Source: Schmidtea polychroa
Taxonomy: Eukaryota
DNA length: 64,000 nucleotides
Reading direction: 5' to 3'
NCBI GenBank assembly: GCA_044892525.1
Contig: CM097885.1
Coordinates: 240,498,001 to 240,562,000 of the forward strand
The notes beneath the pieces are model-generated. The model was not told the origin of the DNA and did not search any database. It worked only from the letters and a program-made list of their open reading frames with translations. A program made the position numbers and the translations under genes. This document shows positions 1 to 12,639 of the stretch, piece after piece (within the stretch, counting starts at the first letter, position 1; every line of letters begins with the position of its first letter).

Positions 1-3000
1 TTTTAAATCAGTTTTCGGAATTCTAATTAAAAAATTAATTTTTTCTTCAGGCGCCAAAGTTTTCTTTCCCGATACAATGTACGTATAATTTGTGAACGAA
101 CCGAAATGAAAATTCAATTTCAAATATCCTTGATGAATCAGATTACAAAGTGCTTTATCGAAAAACAATTTAATATCGATTATTCCAGGAAATCGATTAA
201 TCAAATCAGCGCTGTACAAATCCATTTGATTGGCCAATTCTCCAACAAGTTTATTGCCGGTTATATTTGGATTTTTGGATGTTTCCACATTATTGATAAT
301 TGACAGTGCAGATTTGTAGACATTGGTAATGTCTGCTTGTGACAATGTCGATTCTAACTTCATAAATCAAACGGAAATTATTATTTATCAAGTTACCGGT
401 ATCAGTACAAATTGAACACATTGTTTTGCAATCGTTTTCTGAATGTTTTTCACCGAATATTGGTGCAAATAAAGCCCTTTTACATACAATTTCATCAAGA
501 CAGTATTGATTAATTATTTGCAGATTTTTAATGCCAACTTTCTCAGTAAATAGATTTGATGCGAGTTTAAAATATTCCGATAACTTCCAAAACAAAATAC
601 AATCGGATCTTTTACCATCTCGGCCTGCTCTACCAGATTCTTGGTAGTAATTCTCTAAGCTTTTACTCATAGACATATGGATGACAAACCTCACATTTGG
701 TTTATCAATGCCCATTCCAAAAGCTATTGTAGCAACAATCACATTACATTCCTCATTTAACCATTTATTGTGTACATCTCTTCTATATTCATAACTCGTA
801 TTGGCATGATAAAAACATGCATTGATACCATTTAATACCAACTCATTGGCAAGGGTTTCACAGTCTTTTTGCGTAAAACAATATACAATACCTGAAATAC
901 TGAGCTTTGATACTAATAATTTTGTTAACTAAATAAAATATTTTTTTGAGTTTAAAAATATATGGAACAAAGGGATCTTGAATTAAAAATAACTTTACCA
1001 GTTTATAGCGTGCCCAGAAATCCTGTGGTGGATCAACCATATATCCAATTTCTTTTTTTGCGACTTAATATAACAATTGGATCAGGGATAGGGACAGAAA
1101 ACGAGCATTCCAACATATTTTGGATTTAGTAGAAGAAAATTTAGGATCATAAAAGTACATTTCAATTTATTATAAATTTAAAGTTAATCCGTAATTAAAC
1201 ATACATGGCAATGATTTAATTATAAGAAAGCGCTACTCAAACATTCGGGTGCTTCTTCATATTCTATCGAAAGGATGATGAACCTAAATTTGTGTTGGTA
1301 TTTGTATTGTGTTGCTATGTTTATTTCTATTATTTCCCACGAAGCTGTAATTACAGTTTGTCGTCTGTTAACGTTTACTTGTTCGAGATCTACCGAACAG
1401 AAATAATAAACTATATAGTTAATTCTCTATAGTAAACTATTACTATAGAGAAATTTAAAAAAGAATAATAATAATAAAATTTATAACACAAAGTTCAAAA
1501 ATTATCAAATAAAGAAACAGACATTTCCCGTAAAATCTTTTCAGCTATTCAAAAGGATATCGGATTTAAAAAGAATCGATAGAAACTATAAATAAATTTA
1601 TAATCTAGAATAAAGTAAATTGGGAAATTGCAAAATCCAACAGTTATAATTTAGAAGCTCTCCCAAAGACTAGTCAAGGGATTAGATCAAATACTCGTAC
1701 AATTTGGAACAATACACTTAACCTTTCATATCCCATTATTATTCGAACTCAAAAAGTTTATTCGAGAATTGTGGTTGTATTTAGTTCATCGAGTTACATA
1801 CATGCACCCCAATTGTCCCGACAAAATTTTTTAACGACGACTCTATTGGGCTCTTCCGTTTCTTAGCACAAAACATAATAACAAGTAACAAAATACAATA
1901 ACATTCGACGAAACATAATATCAAATAACTACGCTCGTTAAGCCTTCAAACAGTATTGCCGTACCCAGAAGATTTTACAGATTGTAAAATAAAGATAAGC
2001 CCAAAATAAGCAGTTGGAGAATTTTAATTATAAGATTGTGTAAAATTCATGTAAAGTAGGCAGTATGTTTATCAATAAGTCTGAAACTCCGGTCGGATTG
2101 TGTTCGGATCTCGTTTATAAATTTACATGTAATGTGTGTAATGCCATATACATCGGAGAGACTTCCCGTCATCTCTGTATTCGAACTTGAGAACATTAAC
2201 GACAGAAGGCATTGGTCAACATAAATGAGCACAATAAGGACTGTAAGAGTAAAATAGGTATATTATAAGAACTTTATTTCTTCAAATTTTCACCACTGAT
2301 TTTTTTTCCATTGAATTTATTAAAAAGAGAGTTTGAAGACTATAAATCAGTAATATATCGATGCTTGTTGATACTCACGAATTTTCGGCACTGCCTTTTT
2401 CAAGTGTATTTGATCATTATGATATATATCATAATAATCAAATACACTTGAAAAAGGCAGTGCCGAAAATTCGTGAGTATGTGTTTCTCTCAATTGTTGG
2501 TCGATCAAGATATTAAGGAGTTATGGTTAGTATGGGTCAAAAAGATAGCTGTTTTGGTGATGAGGCTCAGTCTAAGAAATGAGTTTTAACTTTGAATTAT
2601 CCAAACTTGTTACAAACTGGAATTATATGGGAAAGATCTGGAATCATACATTTTACAATGAATTTCGAATTGCAGTAAAAAAGCATCCAGTTATTCTTAC
2701 CGAAGCGCCACTGAATTTAAAAGCTAACAGAGAAAATAACTCAACTCATGTTTGAAATATTCAATGTTCCTTTTATGTATTATGTTATCAAACTGTTCTG
2801 TCGCTTTATGCTTAAACTGCCATTGTTTTAGATTCCGGAGACAGTGGGACACGTACTATGCCAATTTATGAGGGTTATGTGTTACCTCAATGGTTATTTT
2901 AGAATAGATTTGACTGGGAGAGATTTGACAGATTATTTGATGAAAATAAAACAGAAATAATAAATTTAAATACGAGAAAGCCCCAATCAAACATTCTTTT

Positions 3001-6000
3001 CACGATTTATTTCGATAGATTTCCTATAATCGTCAGGTAGGATATAATAACTATATAAATTAAGGATTTTTAAACCAATTTAGTAATTGTATTAATTATT
3101 AATTATATAGAAAAAAGAATTTTTAATAAAAATATTTCATTCTTTTAAAAATTATATTTCAAATAATATATTATTTTTTTAATCTTTAACATACAAAATT
3201 TAATTTAATAATTTATTAATTATTTAATTTAACAACAACAATCGATACATACAATATACAAAAAATTATTTAAAAACATTTAAAACACAAGTATTAAAAT
3301 TAGGCTAGTATTTAATTGAGCATTAATAATATATTGAATGAGCATTAATATAATAAAAATTTAGCATTAATTTAATAACATTATAGAAATTATTTTTGAG
3401 CATTAATTTATTTAAAGAACTACATTAATATAAATGAAAAAATACATTAGATAAAAAAGGACCATTATTTAATATTATTTTAAAATTGAAAAACCATAGA
3501 ACATTATTTATAAAATTGTCATTGTTATTGTATTAGTGAAGCTGTTTTAGCTTTCGTAGGTCTACCTTTCTTCGCTTGGTTCCAATATTTTTGGAACCAA
3601 GCTTCTAACTCATCCAAACTTATACTGGGTGTTCCATATTCTTTACTTTTAAACTGCGACAAAAAAATTGGTAGTTGTTGTTTCGTTGCTGTTCTAAGAC
3701 TCAATTTGGTTTGAATTTCAGTTTGAATAATTCGCAAATTTCTTTCTTTGTTTCTTCTTTAATGTCTGTTGTTCATGGTTGTTCATGTTGATGTTCATCA
3801 TTTGTAATAAACATAGTTACAGTTTCATTGTCACTGTGATATAGCAAATGAATAGCGACTGGACATCTTTTGGCTTGATTACATCTGTAGTATAATCTCT
3901 TGCCTTTAACTGTAATATTTGTCATTGAAATGTTCCAGATTTCATCAATCTTTATTTTTTCTAAAGCTTTTTCCTTGTTATATTCCTTATTTATTATTTC
4001 CTTTGAGTGTTTTGTTTTAGAAGCTGTGTTGTCTTGGGTGTTGTCTATCTCTTCTTCTGTATCGCTTGTGATTGAGCAATTTAAAACTTTAAATTTGAAA
4101 ATTTAATGCTCATTCAATTTAATTAATGCTAAATTTTTTTAATTCCCATTAAAAAAAATTAATGCTCATTTTAATATAATTAATGCTAGTATAAATATAA
4201 GTGTATTAAAATTATTAAAATTTAAATGTTAATTATTTTTAATAAATTGACTAAAAATATTTAAACATCAACGGGCCAAACTTTACAAAAACACCATTTC
4301 TTTTTGATAAAATGATTATTTTATATTTCTACTATATTTTCAAATTTTGTTAAAACTAAATTCTCTTTCGAATTTATTTATATTTATCCCCATTATTTAT
4401 CATCTATATTTCTATTAATCTTTAGTATTAATCACAACATTTCTTGTATTTATAGAATCCATCAAATAAATTAATTCAAATTAAAATAATAATCAATGAA
4501 TAAGTATGGATTTTAGCATATAATCATAAATTTATACAACATTTAATAATAATTTAATATAAGCATTTTAAAACATCTAATTTGTTAACGCTTTGATTTT
4601 ATTCACAATAAATTACCTGATTGTCCAACATATCGACTTTTAATTAATTTGCATACCTCTTGGCTATCTTTATCTTCATGGGATAAAAATTTTACCTAAT
4701 GACAAAGTTTAATCTAACTAATGGAAAAGTATTACATCATAAAACAGATTCGGGCGATTGTAAACATCTCGATAAACCAGACAACCCACATTTAGTCCCA
4801 AAATTTCCTTTATATCATCTATTATGGCATCAGTAGCAGTTGCCGTTAATCCAAGAATTGGAATATTTGGAAAAAGAGATTTGAATATGTGCAACCCTTT
4901 ATAATCTGGTCGAAAATCATGGCCCCATTGACTACAGCAATGGATTTCATCAATGACAATCCGGGCGATTCGATTATCAGCATAGGACTTTTCAATTGCT
5001 TTCATTAATTTCTTACTTTTTGAAATTTTTTCAGGTGTGACAAAAATCAATTTATACTTCATTTTGTCGACCTAAAATTTAAACTTAAGGTAAAAGTTCA
5101 TTAAAGATTTTCTGTTCAAATATTTCTTTTTATTATTAACATATACGTATGTTAACCTGTTGAATTCTCATAGCAAATATATTCGCTTCGTACAAATCCT
5201 TACCATTCTCTCTATATTTGACGAATACATTCCACTGGGTGAATTTACCTCAAGTTATTGATTGTGTAAAATATAAAAAATATCTTTAATGGGGTGTCCC
5301 TTAGTACATAGCAAAAAAATGAAAGTTATAATTTCAATTCTGGCACCAATCCAATCTGTGCCAAATATAGACATATTGAATTGTGCAAAATATCTTTACA
5401 ATTGGACAATATTTAGAGATGGCCTTTGGTGTTTAAGTTTTGTAAGTAAATTTTAAAATGCCATAGTTTCCTTGCGTGCTTAATTCAGATTTATTTGACA
5501 CACAATCACACCCAACAGCCTGTAAAAGTTCAGTTTACTATTACATAGAATACTATTACTGATTCAAAAACAAATCCAACTGCACATGTTCAGAATTATG
5601 TCTCTGCTAGATTGTCAACTGTTCATCCGTGTTACTGTCATTTCCCAGTGTTAAAGATTCCTTAAAAATTATAATGCTACAAGAAAGTAGAGAATTAAGC
5701 ACTATTGATTACTCTGATTCATGTAATGAATTTAATTATTCTGGTAATTTTATGGAATCAACATTAATGGAATGTCCGAACAAGTAAAACAAGAAGTATT
5801 ATGGAGAGATCTAATACTTAACAGCTGATAAATAATTTTTTCTGTCATTTTTAAATGCCTTTGGCTAGTTTTATAATAATATTAAAGATTTTTGAAATTA
5901 AATAACATGATATTTTAAAATATTTAGTTAGATATGAAATAATATTTCAATTATAAGTAGCATGATTATATTTTACCGGGTCGGATTGCATTGATTTATA

Positions 6001-7431
6001 AACTTCATTCTGTAATTTTACTGGACAATTGGCATCAAGAGACATAGAAGGAATTCCGAATCTTTGTGAAATCAATAGTTGATCCTGCATCAGTGATACC
6101 AAAGGTGAGATTGCAATTGTGAGTCCAGAAAGTAAGGACGGTAGATGATAACATAAACTTTTCCCACCACCTTAACATAAAATGTGGCCGATTATAAATC
6201 ATGCTCTAATGCGAGTAACATCAATAACATAGTATTGGATAAGCGCACAATAGTTCATATGTTGTTCTACTAGATAAATGGCAGTGTATGAGGAGCTCTT
6301 AAGATAATTAACAGCAAGTCGAACATCGACTAATCTAGTGTACTGATCAGACCAAAGGATAAAATTTACTGTAACATAATTGTAATTGTAGTAGATTGTT
6401 GCATTTTTGACGTTTATTTTCGAAAATAACTCAATTAGGTTTCGTTTTTTTCTTTTGAACATAATAATTTACAATGGTAAATTATCGCTATAGTAAAATT
6501 TAAAAAAATTAAATAAAAAAATCGAAGAATTAAAAATTGATAATAAAAACTTAAAATACTAGAAGATATATCAAAGTTCCACAAAATAAAACGACGGATT
6601 CGAAATCATCGTTTATTCGAGGATATCTATAAAAATTTCCTAAAATCAAAGTAAACAGATTAGAAGTTCCAAAGAACGAAATAATAGTTTTGGAGTTTCA
6701 TTCGTAGAAGTATTAGAATTCTAACTTTCAATTTCCCTCGAATTTCCGGAACGAACAGATCAGAAATTCCAAAGAAAAAGTCTCATTCACAGAAGTAATA
6801 GAATACGAACTTTCGATCTATCCCCAATTTTAAGGTTCTTACTTTTTTTGTAAATAAAAGTTGTAATTTTATTTTATTGTTGTTATTACTTATTCAATTG
6901 CTATAATTCTTTTTTAACTTTCATACACACACCCCAGCAGTCCCGACACACTTTTTTTATCGGTGACTCTATCGGGCTCTCCAAATCTCCTCTCACACAC
7001 TATCACACATTACATAAATACCTAAATATATACCATTGAACTCTACAACAGTAATCTTCTAATCGGAATCATCGGTATTATCAAATGGACGAAGGACAAA
7101 CGATCTATACAAGACAATCTACAAACTATATTACGTGTGTGATCCGATCATTTGAGTCGTACCTATTCTATTCATAGGTAATTAATTGATAGTCAACAAT
7201 AATCAGTGATATTGGTGAGATTTGAAAATAGGTTTAGGATTCTTTTATAAAACGCTTTCAATTTTTACCCAAATCATATTTTCGAAGTGATTAAGGACTG
7301 AAACAAGTGCCTACAGAATGTAAGATTATATAGATAAATTACAGTTAGTAAATGCTTAATTATTCTGTGAAAATATTATTTGTTTATTGCATTTATTATT
7401 GTTCCATTCGTGATAATTAATTGGTCCGTTC

Positions 7432-7462
<31 letters not shown>

Positions 7463-9384
7463 TCTGTTGGGTTATAGAGTTGGTGACAATATCTGTAAAT
7501 TCAAATCTTTAATCTGGCTCCAAAGCGTGTTTATTAATTCCCAATTCAACACTCTCGAACACAATAAGCTTTATTAATATCCACACGTAATAGTACAAAT
7601 TTCAATTACAACCAATTAACTATAACCAATTTATCACACAGAGCTTATTTCGACACTACGTGAAGAATAGCCCTTTCTGTAACCACAGCAATAATCACTA
7701 GCCGTCAACTACTCAATTACAGAATATGTTGATCGATTGTTCTATTTGCTTTGACCACACAATTTATTTACTCCACATTTACTTTATATTCAATTTTATA
7801 AAAGATTCTTGTCACTTCTCTTTTCACTCTGTTTTGATTCCCCTTTTTACTCTGTCGTCTCTAATTTTACTCTACTTTTTGCCTCTAATTTCGTTTCGTT
7901 TTGCTCTCAACTTCGTTCTGTTTCCGTTCTACTTTTCGCTCCAAATTTGTCTAAATTTGCTCTCAATTTGTTCTAATTTCATGTTCACCAGTTTTCCCTT
8001 ATATAGTTCGCTTATCTTGTGGCACTCCAGATAATCGAGTGTTTTTCCACTTTCCATCTCCTGCTTTCCCCGACTGTCCCATTTTTATCTCTGACAGCTG
8101 TCAAGTTGTTTTTCCCTTTTTCCTTTCTTGTTCGACCGCCTTCTCCCATCCATTCTATTATAATTTACCATGGTAAATTATCGCTATAGTAAAATCAGAA
8201 ATTGAAAAATTAAATAAAGAATCGATCAAAAGAATTAAATAAGAGAAAATTTGAACCGGATTTAAAAAACAATTTAGATATCTGTGCCAGTTAGAATAGT
8301 CACGAACCTAACACGTATTTTGTAAAAGTCAATTTTTGAATTCGCTGAATATTACATTGCAAATTAATTATTTCCATCTGTAAAGCTTCTGGAATAGCGG
8401 AAACGTCCACTTGAAATGGAGAGGAAAATATCTTAAACGCTTTGTCATATTTTGTAAGTTCTGTAAACTATTAAATTCAACTGAATGTGTTTTTATTTCA
8501 TCAGTGTACTTTGACTGCTTTTAAACTCGTTTAATAGCGGGAAATGGTGAAGATTGTTCCTTCTAAGTTCGCCCTCGATTGTAACTCCTTGTTTAATTGG
8601 TTCATTTGATTGGATATATATCAACCAAGAAACACAGGTCCAACAACCACACTTCACCAGTTCTTTCCTCGGTCATTAAATTGTCAATTTCCTCCCGTAT
8701 TTCCAGAAATCTTTATAAACATGTTCCGCGACTTAACCATCTTACTTTGGTAAAATACACAAGGATTTTTTGCTATATATTAGAAGTTATTTTAACATTT
8801 TCGTCATTTTTTTTTCTCCTTCCTTTTTATTCGTTCCAACATACTATGAGTTCAATCAAAATTTAATTAACCTTTTTATATTTATAATCTTTATTCAATC
8901 TATTTATAAATTTATATTTTTAAACTTTTAATTGGTATTTTTAACATGCGATATAAAATCATGAAAATAAAATTAGAATCTACCTGTAGGTTTTATTAAA
9001 ATACAATCTCTTTTACTTAAAGTTGTATTTATTGTCTTCAATTGCAAAGCTCTAAATTTATCAAGTTTAAACACTTCTTGAAGCGTTTTATTCACGGTTA
9101 ATGACCAAGGAAAACAATCGTTTTCATAATCTGTATCATCATTTACAAATGCTGATTTTATATGTTGTTCCAACTAAAAATTGTTACACAGAAATAATAA
9201 AGTTTAAATAGTGCCAAATATCTAACGGCTTGTTTTTTTTTCACCAATTCTGTTTTCTCCGCTAATAATTTACGAAACTCTTCATCAATTTGTATTATTC
9301 TATCTTTAATTTTCACAAGTTGATCTATTAAAAAACTTTACACAAAAATGTTAAGTACTAATAATAACTTTTGTAATCACACAT
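1..9384 (-). CDS. RECQL: RecQ1/RECQL-type ATP-dependent DNA helicase, copy A (8 exons seen; 3' end runs off the left edge)
   Basis: Exons on the minus strand: 9384-9369, 9324-9227, 9173-8984, 6170-5977, 5071-4736, 4695-4617, 891-397, 353-<1. All introns are GT-AG and phases are consistent (1761 nt, no stop). Protein has an N-terminal coiled coil, FPWS..FRALQ (motif 0), [66 protein letters not shown] zinc cysteines and a winged-helix hairpin (FHFGSFTNY). This matches RECQL architecture. Exon 1 is the least certain. Confidence 0.93.
2040..2480 (+). mobile_element. Penelope-like element 3' remnant (decayed GIY-YIG endonuclease plus terminal repeat folded into an inverted duplication)
   Basis: 2085-2200 reads [30 protein letters not shown], a PLE GIY-YIG. 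It is followed by a tail (2280-2414) that recurs near 20020, 21180, 21600 and 43020. Confidence 0.8.
2376..2475. ncRNA. Two inverted copies of a minimal hammerhead-ribozyme-like motif (plus 2445-2475; minus 2376-2406)
   Basis: cac-TTGAAAA-A-GGC agt GCC-GAAA-ATTC-gtg. This gives stem I cac/gtg, a U3:A8 variant of the CUGANGA core, one extra nt after A9, stem II GGC/GCC, GAAA, a palindromic AATT helix III and cleavage base C17. Activity is not shown. Confidence 0.6.
2481..2958 (+). pseudogene. Intronless actin retro-pseudogene fragment
   Basis: Reads [86 protein letters not shown], with stops and frameshifts. Lies antisense in an intron of RECQL copy A. Confidence 0.92.
3290..4200 (-). mobile_element. 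Decayed Mutator-like (MULE) DNA transposon
   Basis: Minus-strand decayed [30 protein letters not shown] (WRKY/FLYWCH-like Zn finger) followed by [11 protein letters not shown]. Flanked by inverted AT-rich termini built of TGAGCATTAAT subrepeats (~3300-3415, ~4100-4200). Confidence 0.55.
7465..8313 (-). mobile_element. Solo-LTR-like element (849 bp)
   Basis: Inverted termini TGTTGGGTT...AACCTAACA, strand-biased composition, and AATAAA signals near the minus-strand 3' end. No matching TSD found. Confidence 0.5.
8340..8830 (-). mobile_element. hAT transposase remnant (SPIN/GTF2IRD2-like)
   Basis: Minus strand reads [43 protein letters not shown]. Confidence 0.8.
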
Positions 9385-9690
9385 AAAGCAACAAGGGGAG
9401 ATATTATTATTTGTCAAAATAAATTAACTTATAAAAGTAAATATAAATTTAAAATATATTAACCTTGATATTCGAAAAATTATAAAACGTTTAATATTAT
9501 ATAAACAAATTCTTTTAATTTATTTTATTATTTTAATAATGAATGATTTCAAAAATGAAATTAAGTTGTATTTCACTTATCTTAGTAAGGCAATGCTTTT
9601 TCAAATTTTCATAATCGTGGTCTTTTTCTAACAATTAAAAAGCCTGAAAATAGTTATATATATTATTTCAAACACGAATGCGAATCAAAT

Positions 9691-11487
9691 TGTTGGGAAA
9701 TAAACAAAAAAGAGCCCTGTTGTTTATCTGAAATAATCTAAGAAATCAGCAACAAAAATCAAGAAAAGTTAAATCAGAGCAAAATAAATTCGAAAATGAA
9801 ATGAAAATATATATCAAGAAACCAAAAATAGAGTATAGAATAAAGTGTCAAAACGGTAAGCAATTTAACCCCGAAGGAAAAGAGAGAAGAGTCGTAAAAA
9901 CATGAAAAATATATTTAGATGTCCAAATTTTGACTGAATCATCACTCAAAAAGTATTCAATTATAAAATGGTATGCGCTGAATCAACCTGAAATTGCTGA
10001 CCAATTGATTGGGTGCTCAGAATCAATATCGGAGCACCCTCATGAAAATAAATCCTAATTTTTACTTGGTAGAGTAAAGTCTTACATGAGTTAAAAAGAG
10101 TATATATACCCGAATAAAAACTGAAATAAAAAATAAGAATCAAAAGAAAACAACCAAAGAAACAAAAACTGATAAAACGCATTAAACCGGGAAACTGTGA
10201 AATATTTTAAAGACAGTAAAAACTCAGAATACTCAAAACTCTCGAAAAATATAAATTCTACGAAAGGACGTAATACTCAGAAACCTACTCAATTAGTGAA
10301 CGAAAAATTCTCAAAGAAAGCGTTTAACAAAAGCTTTTCAACCAATCAAGCAGCAGACTAATGTAAACTGAAAATCAGATCAAGAATGGTTGCTCTATTT
10401 ACCGAAGAGAAAGAAAAACTTTTATCAGAATTTAAACTTACAAAGGTGTATTCACGAAAATTTATCGAAAGCACTCTGCGATTTCCGAAATCAAATAAAT
10501 CGGTAAGTCTTGTAATTTTTAAGTTTTTATGATATGATTCAAGTTGAAGTTAAATATTTTAGGTTTCAGCTATCTATGTAAAGCAATTACTGGAAGGCCA
10601 TACTGATGGTTAGGTGGAAGGACGAGGGTGTAGCGAACCGGTTCGGTGGTTATCTGAATTGACTATCTTGACCCATCCACCGCCTAAAATGACCGTTATA
10701 CAAACCCAAGTGGTTCAGGCTCCTGCACCCTAGACGTTCTTCAATGCCGACTTGAATGATCCGGATTTTTATTTGCAGGCAACTTCTTGAATTCAAATGG
10801 CTATAGTTGTTTAATGTTAGACTGATAATAAATTTCTAACTCCTTTTTGTTTATGTGTTTGGCTACTTTGTTTTGTTATTTGGATACTGGAGGAACTAAA
10901 TTATTTAAATGGCACCGTTGCAAAATCATCAGTACTCCAGATCTTCTCTTACTTCCTTGCGACGTTAGCAATACTCGACTAAATGTTTTTCACCTATTCG
11001 GGCGTAGGTTATTAATTCGTGTCGTAAGGTCTTCCAATGGCAGTCCTGATCGTTGAGGAGTGTATGGGCCAAGCAGTCCGATTAAGCAAGCTCACCTTTG
11101 CTCATACAATCCACCGCTGTATATTGAACCAACGAGTCTCACCAAAGCATCTACCAAAACGCAGGTGTACAGTCGGTCGCTTGAAATAGTCGTGTTAGAC
11201 GTTCTAGGTTTTATCGCCAGATTACTTCACCCCTAGCGAATACACTATAGGAAAGCTAAAACAAGTTGAACGAACCGAATCTTTAGTCCGACGCTGAAAG
11301 AGAATGGAGTTGACCTGGTTTAAGTTAGACTATGCCAAGACGTTACATCAGCAGATAGATCGCCTGGAAAAATCACGGACTGAAAATCAGAATATCATTC
11401 GTGACTTAAAAATTACAGTAGGAAAAGAAGCTCTGAAGATCATTGAGATTCAAGCTGGACTAAGTTATTTTTGGTACTAGTCCAACA
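9691..11487 (+). mobile_element. Large solo-LTR-like element (1797 bp) containing a spliced mini-ORF
   Basis: TGTTGG...CCAACA inverted termini, A-rich 5' part, AATAAA at 10827 followed by a T/GT-rich tract, and a GC-richer 3' part. Shares a motif with the 48.3-52.1 kb LTR. No TSD match. Confidence 0.55.
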
Positions 11488-12176
11488 CTATGAGGTAATA
11501 ATAGAAATCATTAAAAACAATAGCAATTGCTGGGTTCGAGTAGGTTTAAAAATTTTATAATGTAATCCTGTTTATACATCTTCTTCGAAACTGCATAATT
11601 TAATTAACACAGATGATACCTGTCACTTAATTACGTTGATACTGTACTATCAGGTTTGGAGTTTAAAAAATGAGTTTCGTTCCCGCGACTGCAAAGATTA
11701 ACAATTATGTGCGTTCAATAAAATGACCGATGAAAGGTCTTTAATTTCAATTTATCTAAACTGTCACATACAATGCATAAAATTACAAAATATTTTATGT
11801 TTTAATGGTATTATTTCTCATCACTTGTACTTTCTCAGACTAAACACATTTACTTCTGCTTTAGAGGGATAGTAGTAAAATATACTGGGAAACGAATTGC
11901 TTCGTTTTGCATACCGACCACACTAATAGTACACATCGTATCATTATGTTTGGGTCTAAAAGTCCATGGTATGTAAATTATTCAGTTTAGCTGAAATACA
12001 ATTTTTAATTATATATCATTATTCTAGTGAAAGTATAAAATATGAAATATAAAATATGAAAAATAAAACAAAGATTTCCTAAAAATGAATATGCAAATTT
12101 TATAAATGTTACAAAATAATAATATATCAATTATAGATAATCACCTTGTACAATTGAGACATATAAAACACTTCTT

Positions 12177-12447
12177 GTTTAAATGTCGAAAGGAACATGT
12201 TGGCTCTGATAAACTCGTTCTAGTATTGAGCATCATATTCTTTCGAATTTCAAAATAAAATGAAAATAAATGAAAATAGTTTAAAGGAAACCATAATTCA
12301 CCATTGATCAGCTAGGGCTGTCTCCACTGCACCATTGGTGCGTAGCCCCCTGAAGAGAACCACGCTCTGCTATCATGTTTAAATGTCGAAAGGAACATGT
12401 TGGCTCTGATAAAATCGCTCTGGTATTGAGCATAATATTCTTTCGAA
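12177..12447. repeat. ~70-bp local direct duplication (12177-12247 and 12377-12447)
   Basis: TGTTTAAATGTCGAAAGGAACATGTTGGCTCTGATAAA..GTATTGAGCAT.ATATTCTTTCGAA occurs twice, 200 bp apart. Confidence 0.9.
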
Positions 12448-12639
12448 GCATCAGCTAAAAGCCTTTGACTTGATTCCTCATATAGTAATGACTCATGTTC
12501 CGGGATAACGGCAAGCATAAAGACCGATTTATAGAGATTCGTGTCCAAATTTCCATGCGTCTATTCCAGTTTTATTGTTCGAATATATAGAAATTCATAT
12601 TTGGATAATGGATCAACTATCCGTTTAAAGTTAATCATT

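Noticed and set aside
1262-1300. KDDEPKFV as the missing 5' part of the actin pseudogene (GDDAPRAV)
   Set aside because: Only a 4-residue match, and upstream codons do not resemble DNGSGMCKAG. Insufficient evidence.
4637-4656. Apparent 20-nt GT-AG micro-intron in RecQ copy A
   Set aside because: The sequence reads in frame as VCKLIKS and aligns with copy B (ICKLIKS), so it is exon.
12312-12548. Family assignment for the 78-aa ORF
   Set aside because: No motif recognised with confidence.
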